The position numbers were made by a program, and so were the translations under genes. From positions 1 through 51,257 of the forward strand of contig CAZUWY010000002.1 in the NCBI GenBank assembly GCA_964624395.1: a DNA stretch of 51,257 nt, written 5' to 3'. The notes beneath the pieces were generated by a model that ran no database searches, was not told the DNA's origin, and saw nothing but the letters and a program-made list of their open reading frames with translations. The stretch is from an uncultured Mageeibacillus sp. (GTDB taxonomy: Bacteria > Bacillota > Clostridia > Saccharofermentanales > DTU023). Below are positions 28,839 to 38,348 of the stretch, one piece after another (position 1 is the stretch's first letter; each line of letters begins with the position of its first letter).

Positions 28839-30824
28839 TCAGGCAGCCTTGCCGTCTTTTTTCTTCTTACCCCTGTCTTCGATGAGATAGTATTTCGTTT
28901 CTCGCTTGAGCGGCTTGAAATACCTACCTCCTCCTTCAAAAAATTTGCCAAACATCTCCACATATTGAAGTCTGCTGGCATGAACATAGGCGGATAGAGC
29001 TGATAGAGCAAGATTTAAGCTATGTCCGACCAAGCCAATTGCTATAAAGAGAATATAGCCGCCTAGGGTCGGTCCCAGCAAAAAGCCCAATTGATTGACC
29101 ACCATAGCAATAACGCTGGTCGCCAGAACCAGGGCTAGAATACGGGTATATGACAGTATGTCGCTAAAATATCCCGTGACGTCATAAAGGGCCAAAATAC
29201 CTTTCAAAATGCGCATGATTGGATTTTTTGCATCTCTGCCACCGAACAAGACGACCACCACAACACCCAGTAAAGCCATATAGACGCCTATCTGTCCGAT
29301 TAGAGCCGAGGCAGATCCAAAGGCATCCATCGAGCCTCCGGCCAAAAAAAGCAGGCCGGTAATTATCAAATACCAGGGAGCCACATCGAGAAGGCCATCT
29401 AAAATTCTGCCCTGCAGTCTGGCATTGCGCATACTGAGGGCCATACCGGCAAAGAGGTGAAAGACACCGAAGATCATGCTAAAGATCATTAATTTCATGG
29501 CGTCATCCATGGGATTAAACCAGAGGGCGGGAAAGTTCAGCCTGCCCTCACTCAGGACTGTCAGCATGTCGCCGAAGAAACCGCCAAAGACAAAGCCCCA
29601 GGCGACTGAGGAAAGGCCACTGATAAACAGCATTTTGGCCATCTTTTGCATATCGCCACTCACCTTGAACTTCCAGAGCAGCAAGGCGCAGATTGCCACC
29701 AGAATCAGGCCGTAACCCACATCAGACAGCATCATGCCAAAAAGAAGCATATAAAAGGAGCCCATAACAAAAGTAGGATCAGACTCATCTGAACGGGGCG
29801 CACCAAACATTGTCAAAATTACTTCAAAAACCTGACTGAATTTATTATTCTTCAGCTTGATCGGATAATTATCTTCTTCTTTGCCCTCTACTATCTGCAT
29901 GGCAAGATCATGTTCAGATTGTAAAACAGTGACCAGATTTTTTACTTCATCGTGGGGGACCCAGCCACTCAGCCAGAAGGTATAAGCTGACTCCTGCAGT
30001 TCAGAGGCGGCATTGTCACGATCCAGCAAAGTCCGGTAATAATCCTCCAGCAGCCAAAAAGAAGATCTGCCTGCGGCGATTTTGGCCAAATCGGCTTCAA
30101 TCTCTTCCAATTCTGCCTCGCGGGCAGCAATTTTTCCTCTGATCTCAGCGATAGTCTGATTGGGTTTTCCCAGGCGGATATGAGCGGGCATGGCATGAAA
30201 GTCTGCCGCCTGCAAAAGAAGACGGATATGCACAGCCTCTTCTTTAAACATAATTGCTGCCGCTAAGATTTTATCTTCCAGCCGGCGCAACTCAACAATT
30301 TCAGTTTCCGGATGATCCTCGTTCAGGCGAAGGTCCAGTTCGGCCCTTTGTTTATCGTCAGAGAAGATACCGTAGACTATCTCAGTACGCTCCGTTTCAG
30401 TTTTGGCCAGATCCAGATCTATATCCTGCCAGGGAGCGATTTGGGCAAAGTCATCCGCCAAAAGGCTGATTTCTTGCTTGAGATTGTTCTCTCTGCTTAA
30501 AAGATCCTCAAAAAGATCCAGTGCTGCCAGAGTCTCCTTTTCTTTACCTTCAGAGAGGTAGAAGTCTTGTTCACTGATATTTTCCTTGCTGCGAAAAAGG
30601 CTTGAGCCTTCTAGCGGGAAGCGACGGCTGATATTTTGTGCGGCAGCGTCAAGGCGCAGGTAATTTTGTTCGATCAGAATACGTTTTTGCGAAGAGATCT
30701 TTTCAGCCTGATCTTCTCTAGACTCAATCTCCAACGTACCAGTGCGCATCAAAGTTGTCAGCACTTCGTCTCGATCGGCGGCCAGACCGACGACCGTAAT
30801 CTTATCCATCTTAGCTATTGCCAA
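28839..30824 (-). CDS. ntpI: V-type ATPase subunit I (a-subunit, stator/ion channel)
   Basis: 661 aa with an N-terminal cytoplasmic coiled-coil half and a C-terminal multi-TM half. The start is uncertain: TTG at 30824 or ATG at 30809. Confidence 0.85.
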   Translation of the reverse strand: MAIAKMDKITVVGLAADRDEVLTTLMRTGTLEIESREDQAEKISSQKRILIEQNYLRLDAAAQNISRRFPLEGSSLFRSKENISEQDFYLSEGKEKETLAALDLFEDLLSRENNLKQEISLLADDFAQIAPWQDIDLDLAKTETERTEIVYGIFSDDKQRAELDLRLNEDHPETEIVELRRLEDKILAAAIMFKEEAVHIRLLLQAADFHAMPAHIRLGKPNQTIAEIRGKIAAREAELEEIEADLAKIAAGRSSFWLLEDYYRTLLDRDNAASELQESAYTFWLSGWVPHDEVKNLVTVLQSEHDLAMQIVEGKEEDNYPIKLKNNKFSQVFEVILTMFGAPRSDESDPTFVMGSFYMLLFGMMLSDVGYGLILVAICALLLWKFKVSGDMQKMAKMLFISGLSSVAWGFVFGGFFGDMLTVLSEGRLNFPALWFNPMDDAMKLMIFSMIFGVFHLFAGMALSMRNARLQGRILDGLLDVAPWYLIITGLLFLAGGSMDAFGSASALIGQIGVYMALLGVVVVVLFGGRDAKNPIMRILKGILALYDVTGYFSDILSYTRILALVLATSVIAMVVNQLGFLLGPTLGGYILFIAIGLVGHSLNLALSALSAYVHASRLQYVEMFGKFFEGGGRYFKPLKRETKYYLIEDRGKKKKDGKAA

Positions 30825-31146
30825 CGAGACTCACGATCCTTTCTGCCAAAATTTCCACTATTTCATCTTCCTTGTCTGCTTCCAGAGCCACCGGTTCTGC
30901 ATGGCGCTCCTTCTCCAGTTCAAGCAAAAGATCCCGATAGTGAGCCTCGGCCTTGGACAATTCCTTATGCCTCTCCCCGCCGGCATTAGCTCTGGCCTGG
31001 TCAATAATCTCATCCGCTTTGAAGATTGCGTCGTTTTGAGTCTTTGCAGCTTTAGCTTCTGCCTCGGCAAGAATAGCTTTTGCCTTCGCTTCAGCTTGTT
31101 TGATTAAATCCAGAAACTGTTCCGAAGCCACCTCTTTGCCTCCCAT
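30811..31146 (-). CDS. V-type ATPase small stalk subunit (G/H-like; NtpF-like first gene)
   Basis: 111 aa, Ala/Glu/Lys-rich helix, first gene of the operon. An alternative GTG start at 31131 lies 7 nt after GGAGG. Confidence 0.6.
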   Translation of the reverse strand: MGGKEVASEQFLDLIKQAEAKAKAILAEAEAKAAKTQNDAIFKADEIIDQARANAGGERHKELSKAEAHYRDLLLELEKERHAEPVALEADKEDEIVEILAERIVSLVGNS

Positions 31147-31240
31147 TTCGTCATCACATATTCATTTCTATAAATAAACTACAGACAATACTCAAGATAC
31201 CATATATATATGATCTGTATACGGTATTCTATCACAATAT

Positions 31241-32455
31241 TTATAAATTCATCATGACCCAATCGTGGACAATAATCGGTCCTGAAGTTTGATCGGGGTA
31301 AAAATCCCAGACACCCTCACTGCTAAACTGGCGAAAATCACTGCCGTAATGGGCAAAAATGCCGTCTTTCTGGCCTGCACGGGGAAAGATGAGCCGCTTT
31401 TTTCCCTCAGAGTCATCATTACTAATAAAGGTTAAATCTTCAGCACTGAGATCAACCTGGCCAGCCAGCAGAAGGGGGGCAGGATTATTTTTCGCCAGCA
31501 TTTTAGCGGGAAAAGACAAAGTATAATTTGGATCCTGTTTAAAGAGGGCTGCAAGCTCTTCTTGCTGCCAGGAATGCCATTGGTCAGGTCTGGGAAAAAA
31601 GGGCTTTGCTCCAGTTGGTTCGAAAAAACCGTCCAGACCCAGTCTTATCTCCCAGGAGCAATAGCGGCAGTAAAGATTTCTGCCCCCACTCTCCATCGCC
31701 TGCATCCTTTTGCAGCTAGGGCAGTGGTGAAGAATATTTTGCAAGCCGTCCGCAGGCCTTGTGGTCAGATACTTCCCCGGCTTTTTCCTCGTCAGCTGGA
31801 AATCGTAGTCTGAAATCTGCAAGGCCTCCTTGATATGAGCATGTATCTCATCGAGCTCCATGAATTTGACTTCATCCGCCCTCAGAAGAATTCTACTGCT
31901 CACATAAACCCGGCCGGGCCTAAACAGGCCGGTAGCCCAGCGGGGCCAGGCCAAATAGCTGCCATGGCATTCCACAATGGCAACAGCGGCCTCAGACTTC
32001 TTTACCAGCCGGGAAAAGAGAGGATCGAGCCTTCCAGCTCGCCCATTGATTGAACGCTGCCCCTCTGGATAAATGAATACTCTTCTGCCCTCATTTAAAA
32101 CGCGAAAAAAACTGCGCACAGTTTTGACATCAGGATAAAATTGTTTTTTAGGAATTAATCTCAGTTTATTTAATATCCAGTTGGTCTTTTTATTGAAAAC
32201 GAAATCTCCGGCGACAAAATGCATTCTTTTTCTGCCCGCTCCAACCAGGGCAAAAAGCACATCCAGATAGCTCCCGTGATTGCCGATAAAAATCAGGGGA
32301 CCCTGATGTTTTTTCAAAGTTTTAGATCTCTCATAGCGGGCAAAAAAGAACAATTTTGACAAAGACCAGGCCAGCAGCCAAACAAAAGCATAAAGCAAGA
32401 GATTTGGCGCCTTAATGGCTTCATTGGCAGATGCATTTTTCTTATTACTAGCCAT
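31241..32455 (-). CDS. PlsC/LPLAT-family acyltransferase with a ~200-aa C-terminal extension containing a CxxC...CxxC zinc-ribbon
   Basis: 404 aa. N-terminal TM segment, HX4D motif (NHGSYLD) and PEG block (IYPEGQRS). The C-terminal half has CPSCKR...CRYCSW and no family I can name. Confidence 0.7.
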   Translation of the reverse strand: MASNKKNASANEAIKAPNLLLYAFVWLLAWSLSKLFFFARYERSKTLKKHQGPLIFIGNHGSYLDVLFALVGAGRKRMHFVAGDFVFNKKTNWILNKLRLIPKKQFYPDVKTVRSFFRVLNEGRRVFIYPEGQRSINGRAGRLDPLFSRLVKKSEAAVAIVECHGSYLAWPRWATGLFRPGRVYVSSRILLRADEVKFMELDEIHAHIKEALQISDYDFQLTRKKPGKYLTTRPADGLQNILHHCPSCKRMQAMESGGRNLYCRYCSWEIRLGLDGFFEPTGAKPFFPRPDQWHSWQQEELAALFKQDPNYTLSFPAKMLAKNNPAPLLLAGQVDLSAEDLTFISNDDSEGKKRLIFPRAGQKDGIFAHYGSDFRQFSSEGVWDFYPDQTSGPIIVHDWVMMNL

Positions 32456-32551
32456 AATTTATCCTGACGAGCTTATCCTAACCAATATTCGCAATCTTGT
32501 CACAATTAATTCTTAAATACCCGCTAATATATCTGAAAAAGAGGCATATAG

Positions 32552-33505
32552 ATGGCAAGATACTGCTTTTATTGTGGCAAAGAGTTAAATGATGGTGAAA
32601 AATGCCGCTGCCGGGACCATTTTTATCAATCCGGAGCAGATTCTGCTGAGCCCAAAAAGCAAGATTGGCCCAACGGCCAAGAGGGGGAAGATAAAGGTTC
32701 AGCTCCAGAAAATGATAATTCTTCCCAGCAGGAAAAAGCCAGCGAAAGTCAAGCCAAAACAGACAGCAAGAAAGACTATAATCCTTTCAAGCGCCCTTTT
32801 TGCTACGGGCGCCATCCTTCCTTTAAGGCTAGATCCCTGAGCAAAAGCTTAATATACAGTTTGAGAGATCTTGGTTCCTGGGTTAGAGAGCCCGCTGACA
32901 TGATCAAAAAAAAGGCGCTAGCACCAGCTCAAAGTAAACTGCCTTTGCTTTCAATTGCGCTCAATATTTTTCTTTTAACAATCTGGTTTCTTGTCTTCTT
33001 TTATAATATCCCCCTGCAGCTGCAAACTTTGAATCTTCAGACTGCTCCTTTGCAAATAAGCAGTCTCATCATTCCCTCCTTGCTGCTGGCGGTATTCTTT
33101 TTTTTACTGGCAGCTTTCTTCGTCTGGCTGCCGCTGAAAATAACAGAGCGGCTCCGCATCAGCTATCTGGATATTCTGAAAACGGGCCGCTCCGCCTATA
33201 TTTATCTGACTTTATTCATTTTGCTGGCTGCCAGCATTGTCTCAGTCTCTTTGCTCACCGGCATTGCTGCAATTGCCGCCGGCTTTACTTTCGCCGCCTA
33301 TGTTCATATCCGCAGTCTTTGCCATATCTACAATATTAGCGGCAATAATCAAATTCGACTGATGGTTTTTTCAATCATCCTGCTGGCGGCGCTTTTCTTT
33401 TTCGCTGACCGCCTGCTGCCCTTATTGATTCAGATCGAAACTAAGGCCTTGCCCGGTGGCGGCAGTACTATCCGCCTTGCCAAAGCAGCAAGCGACATCC
33501 TTTAA
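32552..33505 (+). CDS. Zinc-ribbon membrane protein of unknown function
   Basis: 317 aa. N-terminal YCFYCGKEL..GEKCRC, then an ~80-aa low-complexity acidic/polar linker, then 4-5 predicted TM helices. Confidence 0.6.
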   Translation: MARYCFYCGKELNDGEKCRCRDHFYQSGADSAEPKKQDWPNGQEGEDKGSAPENDNSSQQEKASESQAKTDSKKDYNPFKRPFCYGRHPSFKARSLSKSLIYSLRDLGSWVREPADMIKKKALAPAQSKLPLLSIALNIFLLTIWFLVFFYNIPLQLQTLNLQTAPLQISSLIIPSLLLAVFFFLLAAFFVWLPLKITERLRISYLDILKTGRSAYIYLTLFILLAASIVSVSLLTGIAAIAAGFTFAAYVHIRSLCHIYNISGNNQIRLMVFSIILLAALFFFADRLLPLLIQIETKALPGGGSTIRLAKAASDIL

Positions 33506-36096
33506 TCACTTCCTTGTTCAGCCTCTTTTGCTTGAGGTAGATCTTCTTTGTCGACCTGAGCCTGATTTAAGCGGCGGACAACAATCTTTTCTTCCTCGAC
33601 ATCAATCTCGGCTGCTTCACCTGCCTTTACGACCCCGTCCAGTAAGGCCTCGGAGAAATTATCTTCGACTACAGACTGGATCAGGCGCCTAAGGGGACGG
33701 GCCCCATACTCCGGCTTATAGCCTTTTTCAGCCAGCCATTTTCTGGCCGCGGGGCTGATCTGCGTGTGGATGCCAAGATCTGCGATTCTGGCGATTAGAT
33801 TGGCCAGCATAATATCCACAATTTTCTCCATGGCCTCTTCACCCAGCATGTGGAAGAAAATTATACTGTCCACACGGTTGATAAATTCAGGCTGGAAGGT
33901 TTTCCTCAGCTCATCCATCACCAGCTCTTTTGCTTCTTCATAGCTTTTGCCGCCATACATGGGGGTCTGTTCTTCACCCTCACCCTCCTTAAGATCAAAA
34001 CCTATCCGTCTGCCGGTTGAGCCGGTCAGGATCCTCGCCCCAATATTAGAGGTCATGATCACGATGGTATTTCTAAAATTAACCGTGCGACCCTGACTGT
34101 CAGTCATGCGGCCATCTTCCAGGATCTGCAGCAGAGCATTGAAGACATCGGGATGGGCTTTTTCGATCTCATCGAAGAGTACAACGGAATAGGGCTGGCG
34201 CCTTACCTTTTCGGTCAGCTGCCCGCCTTCGTCATAGCCTACATAGCCTGGCGGTGAACCGATCAGCTTGCTGACATCGAATTTTTCCATGTACTCTGAC
34301 ATATCCAGCCTGATCATATTGTTTTCCGAGCCAAACATAACTTCAGCCAGTGCTTTTGCCAGTTCAGTCTTGCCGACTCCGGTGGTACCGAGAAAGATAA
34401 AACTTCCAGTCGGACGTCCGGGATCCTTAAGTCCCAGTCTGCCGCGCCGGATGGCTTTGGCCACTTCATTTACCGCCTCTGGCTGGCCTATTACTCTTTT
34501 ACTGAGCTCTGCTTCAAGATTTTTTAGTTTTTCTTGCTCGCTTTCTGTCAGCCTGGTCACCGGTATACCTGTCCAGCTCGAAACTATACTGGCAATTAAA
34601 TCGCCGTGCAATACAGGCCACTCACTCTTGTCTTTTACCGGAGCTTCACTTTTAAGCTCTTCCAGCTTCTCTTTTAATTCATCTTCCTGCTGCTTCAATT
34701 CAGCTGCTTCTTCAAATTTTTCTTCGTCCACTGCCTTTTGCTTGCTGTCCAGAAGATTAAGCAGCTCGGCCTCCGCCTCTTTCAAATCTGAAAGATCTGG
34801 TGTCTGGCTAAGCCTCAGCTTGGCCGCTGCCTCATCGATCAAATCAATCGCTTTATCCGGCAGGAAACGATCCTGGATATAGCGGGTGGAAAGCTTGACC
34901 GCTTCTTCGATCGCCTCATCCGAGATCCTGACCTGATGATGCTCTTCATAATGAGGTCTTAGGCCAAAGAGAATCTGAACAGAGTCCTCTTCGCTGGGCT
35001 CATCAATCATCACCGGTTGAAAACGCCTTTCCAAGGCAGCATCCTTTTCAATATGCTTCCTGTATTCATCAATGGTGGTGGCCCCTATGACTTGCATCTC
35101 TCCTCTGGCCAGCATCGGCTTCAAGATATTCGAGGCATCGATCGAGCCTTCTGAGGCACCGGCACCGACAATGGTATGAAGTTCATCGATGAAGAGCAAA
35201 ACATTGCCCTCGGCAGCTGCCTCATCAATACCTTTTTTCAGCCTTTCCTCGAACTCTCCCCGGTATTTGGCACCTGCCAGCATACCGGTCAGGTCAATTG
35301 AAACCAGGCGCTTGCCAGCCAGCAGGGAGGGAGCATCGCCGCTGATGATCTTTTGTGCCAGTCCTTCCGCTATCGCAGTTTTACCAACTCCCGGCTCACC
35401 GATCAAAACAGGATTATTCTTTGTCCGGCGGCATAAGATCTGCTCAACTCTGTTGATCTCCTCATTGCGGCCGATTATCGGGTCAAATTTTCCCGCCCGC
35501 GCCATCTCGGTCAAATCCCGGCTGAATTTATCTAAAGTCGGAGTTTTGCTCGCCTCCTTTGCCTGCAGGCCTGCCGATCCGGACATACCCGGAGCACCAG
35601 CCAGGTCATCGCCTGCATCAGAAGACAAAGGCTCCTCCCTTTGCGCCAGCAGCTGGCTTATGCTCTGATAGAGCTCTCTATTGTTGATACCCGCCGATTT
35701 TATAATGCGCACAGCTACACTGGCACCTTCACGCAAAATCGCCAGCAGCAGATATTCCGGCTCAATAACATTGGAACGTCTGGCCTGAGCCTCTCTGGCA
35801 GCTAAATTGATAATCTGCCTGGTTCTGGGAGTCATCATATTGACCAAAGCACTGCCGTCAAGATCTTCCGGTATCTCCTGGTCCACCGGCTCTTTTTGCG
35901 CTAGCTGGGCCAGATTCATTTCAATCTGTTCAGCATTTAGCCCTGCCTCTTTGAGCACAGAAGCCGCCAGGCCATCTTCTTCCATTATGCCGGCCAGTAT
36001 TTGCTCGGAACCAATATAGTCCAGACCGTAGGCTTTAGATTTTCTCAGGGCAAAAGCCAAAACAATCCCTGCTCTTCTTGAAAAACTTATCATCAT
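33502..36096 (-). CDS. clpC: ATP-dependent Clp protease ATP-binding subunit ClpC (class I AAA+)
   Basis: Two Walker A motifs ([16 protein letters not shown]), duplicated Clp_N repeats and a UVR-like middle domain. Start moved to the ATG at 36096 (AGGTGA 5 nt upstream). The track ORF starts at an upstream GTG. Confidence 0.93.
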   Translation of the reverse strand: MMISFSRRAGIVLAFALRKSKAYGLDYIGSEQILAGIMEEDGLAASVLKEAGLNAEQIEMNLAQLAQKEPVDQEIPEDLDGSALVNMMTPRTRQIINLAAREAQARRSNVIEPEYLLLAILREGASVAVRIIKSAGINNRELYQSISQLLAQREEPLSSDAGDDLAGAPGMSGSAGLQAKEASKTPTLDKFSRDLTEMARAGKFDPIIGRNEEINRVEQILCRRTKNNPVLIGEPGVGKTAIAEGLAQKIISGDAPSLLAGKRLVSIDLTGMLAGAKYRGEFEERLKKGIDEAAAEGNVLLFIDELHTIVGAGASEGSIDASNILKPMLARGEMQVIGATTIDEYRKHIEKDAALERRFQPVMIDEPSEEDSVQILFGLRPHYEEHHQVRISDEAIEEAVKLSTRYIQDRFLPDKAIDLIDEAAAKLRLSQTPDLSDLKEAEAELLNLLDSKQKAVDEEKFEEAAELKQQEDELKEKLEELKSEAPVKDKSEWPVLHGDLIASIVSSWTGIPVTRLTESEQEKLKNLEAELSKRVIGQPEAVNEVAKAIRRGRLGLKDPGRPTGSFIFLGTTGVGKTELAKALAEVMFGSENNMIRLDMSEYMEKFDVSKLIGSPPGYVGYDEGGQLTEKVRRQPYSVVLFDEIEKAHPDVFNALLQILEDGRMTDSQGRTVNFRNTIVIMTSNIGARILTGSTGRRIGFDLKEGEGEEQTPMYGGKSYEEAKELVMDELRKTFQPEFINRVDSIIFFHMLGEEAMEKIVDIMLANLIARIADLGIHTQISPAARKWLAEKGYKPEYGARPLRRLIQSVVEDNFSEALLDGVVKAGEAAEIDVEEEKIVVRRLNQAQVDKEDLPQAKEAEQGSD

Positions 36097-36117
36097 ATTA
36101 ATCACCTTCTTTGAAGT

Positions 36118-37164
36118 TTATTTTGTAAATTCATTTGAGCCCTTCAGCTCTTCTCTAATCAACCTGGCCCTCATGCTGTCCAGCTCGCAGGCAATTAACT
36201 CCTGGCCGCAGATCTGCTGCAGGCTGGCCAAGCCTATATTGGCATCAAGCCTGTTTAGAGCGAGCAAAGAAATATCTGTCAAAAGCCCTAGTCCCGTACC
36301 AAGCCTTAATTCAGCCAGAAGGCTTGCGGCCTCTTCATAGCTAATGCTTCTGGCATTTTCTAAAATACCTAGGGCCCGCCAAACTCGATCCTCCAATGCC
36401 AGCCTGTCATTTTCGATTAATTCAGTTCTGGCCTGCTTTTCTTTGTCAATTATTTTGATCACCAGATCTCTAAGCTCACCTAAGATCTCTTCTTCCGTCT
36501 GACCTAAAGTCAATTGATTAGAGATTTGAACTCTCGAAGCCTCAATCTTGCTGCCTTCACCGTGGCTGCCTCTGACCGTAAAGCCCGCCTTGCCTAAAAG
36601 ATCTCTCATTTGGCTCATGCGTTCAGTGCGGATCAGACCCGGGACAAAGAGCATGGCCGATGCCCTCAGCCCTGTTCCGGTATTGGTCGGGCAGGCTGTC
36701 AAAAAACCAAACTCTTCACTCCAGGCCAGAGAAATCTTCTCTTCCAGGGAAAAAGCCAGAGCAGTTGCAGCCTCATAGGCCTTATCCAGATCAAGTCCTG
36801 CCCGCATGGCCTGAATCCGGATATGATCCTCTTCCAAGATCATGATGCTGAGACTTTCATCCTTGCTGATGATCAAAGTCTTGCCTGAGCCCGGTTCAAG
36901 CATGCGTCTGGAGATCAGATGCTTCTCCGCCAGAGCCAGTCTTTGCATCTTGCCCAGCTCCTCAAGCCGGACAATATTCCAATCTGAAGCAGGCTGGCTT
37001 AGCTCAAGGCTTAAAAAGCTCTCCTCAATTATTTTTTCCACAGCATTTTCTTGCTCTTTAGTCAGACGACCAGGGAAGGGGAAGTCTTTTAAATTTCTGG
37101 CTATGCGGATACGGCTCGAGAGCACAATATCAGCTTGAGGTCCTTTTTCTATATACCAGGCCAT
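36118..37164 (-). CDS. mcsB: Protein arginine kinase McsB
   Basis: 348 aa with the phosphagen-kinase signature CPTNTGTGLRAS. Positioned between mcsA and clpC. Confidence 0.9.
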   Translation of the reverse strand: MAWYIEKGPQADIVLSSRIRIARNLKDFPFPGRLTKEQENAVEKIIEESFLSLELSQPASDWNIVRLEELGKMQRLALAEKHLISRRMLEPGSGKTLIISKDESLSIMILEEDHIRIQAMRAGLDLDKAYEAATALAFSLEEKISLAWSEEFGFLTACPTNTGTGLRASAMLFVPGLIRTERMSQMRDLLGKAGFTVRGSHGEGSKIEASRVQISNQLTLGQTEEEILGELRDLVIKIIDKEKQARTELIENDRLALEDRVWRALGILENARSISYEEAASLLAELRLGTGLGLLTDISLLALNRLDANIGLASLQQICGQELIACELDSMRARLIREELKGSNEFTK

Positions 37165-37173
37165 CTCAATCTC

Positions 37174-37722
37174 CTACTCCTTCTCCATTTTTTTGATCTC
37201 ATCTCTGAGCTCAATCGCCTTCAGATAATCTTCCTTGCCCACAGCCTGTTCAAGCTGCCGGCGCAGATTGTCAATTACACTTTCATTTGGGCTGGCTGGG
37301 TTAGCCCCTGCAGCAAGCTGCTCTTTTGTACCCGGCCGGTGCCCCATATGTCTTGTTCCTCTTTGCACTCTCTTTAAGATCTGCTCTAAGGCGGGGCGAA
37401 AAACTTCATAGCAGCTGGCGCAGCCCAAAAGGCCGGTTTGGCGAAAATTTTCATAGCTCTGCCCGCAGGCAGGACAGGCTTTAATCTGTTCTAGAAGATC
37501 AGCCCCTTTGCCAAGATCCACCCCAAAAAGGGCAGAACTCAAAAGATCATAGCTGGGCCAGCTCGAGCTAAAGGAAGTGTCAAACAAAGAAGGCACTAGA
37601 CCGCTGCCCAACTGCATTTTGCCAGCACAGGCAGAGCAGAGATTTAAATCCACTATTTCATTATTGCGACTGAGGCGCAGCCTAACATGGGCCTCATTTA
37701 TATGGCATTGATCACATAGCAT
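37174..37722 (-). CDS. mcsA: McsA, activator of McsB (zinc-finger plus UVR domain protein)
   Basis: 182 aa with CDQC...CSAC and CPAC...CASC zinc-finger pairs and a C-terminal UVR motif (EDYLKAIELRDEIKK). Confidence 0.88.
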   Translation of the reverse strand: MLCDQCHINEAHVRLRLSRNNEIVDLNLCSACAGKMQLGSGLVPSLFDTSFSSSWPSYDLLSSALFGVDLGKGADLLEQIKACPACGQSYENFRQTGLLGCASCYEVFRPALEQILKRVQRGTRHMGHRPGTKEQLAAGANPASPNESVIDNLRRQLEQAVGKEDYLKAIELRDEIKKMEKE

Positions 37723-37735
37723 TTTAATCAGCTCC

Positions 37736-38200
37736 TTACATCATCGTCGCCAGCTCGATGAGACTATTTTTTAAGATCTGGCTGCGCAGTCTGTCGGCGG
37801 TGCGCCTTTCAATCTCGGTGAAAACCCGATCAGAGACCGCGGCTTTTAAAACCTGCCCCGTCCTCTTATCCAAAAGATCAGAGCGCTCAAAATTGGCGAT
37901 GATCAGATAGGCATCTTGCTGGGACAGCGCATCCGGCATTTTTTTAACCAGCAGTCTGATGGCATGGGCCGGTGAAGACGTGCTGATTCTCCTGATCGTA
38001 ATCGATCCTCCACCCCCGCGCCTGCTCTCGACAATATAGCCATGGCTGTTGGCAAAGCGGGTGCTGAGAACATAATTGATCTGTGAGGGAACGACCTGAA
38101 TCTCCTCTGCCAGTTTGTTTCTGGAAATCTTGACCATGCCGTCATGCTCGTCCAGTAAATCATCTAACATTCTTTCAATCCGGTCACTGATATTTGACAT
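37736..38200 (-). CDS. ctsR: Class III stress gene repressor CtsR
   Basis: 154 aa with VPSQINYVLSTRF and the VESRRGGGGSI glycine loop. Confidence 0.92.
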   Translation of the reverse strand: MSNISDRIERMLDDLLDEHDGMVKISRNKLAEEIQVVPSQINYVLSTRFANSHGYIVESRRGGGGSITIRRISTSSPAHAIRLLVKKMPDALSQQDAYLIIANFERSDLLDKRTGQVLKAAVSDRVFTEIERRTADRLRSQILKNSLIELATMM

Positions 38201-38231
38201 TATTTTTCCTCATTTCCAGCTAATACTCATC

Positions 38232-38247
38232 TTTAGACTTTGACTTT
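38232..38247 (-). promoter_or_regulatory. Second, degenerate CtsR-like tandem repeat just downstream of the predicted start site
   Basis: The minus strand reads AAAGTCAAAGTCTAAA (GTCAAAG / TCTAAAG adjacent heptads). The spacing differs from the 7-3-7 consensus. Confidence 0.35.
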
Positions 38248-38261
38248 CTTTGTCTTTTATA

Positions 38262-38290
38262 AGCATAACAGATCCATCGTCAATAGTCAA
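38262..38290 (-). promoter_or_regulatory. Candidate SigA promoter of ctsR-mcsA-mcsB-clpC
   Basis: On the minus strand: TTGACT, a 17-nt spacer, then TATGCT, about 60 nt upstream of the ctsR ATG. Confidence 0.5.
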
Positions 38291-38301
38291 AGAAGATCAA
38301 G
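38285..38301 (+). promoter_or_regulatory. CtsR operator candidate overlapping the -35
   Basis: AGTCAAA-GAA-GATCAAG compared with the published consensus RGTCAAA-NAN-RGTCAAA (7/7, central A, then 5/7). Confidence 0.55.
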
Positions 38302-38348
38302 AATTTATTTTGCTTTTTAAGTGAAATTAAAAAGAGAAAAACAAATGC

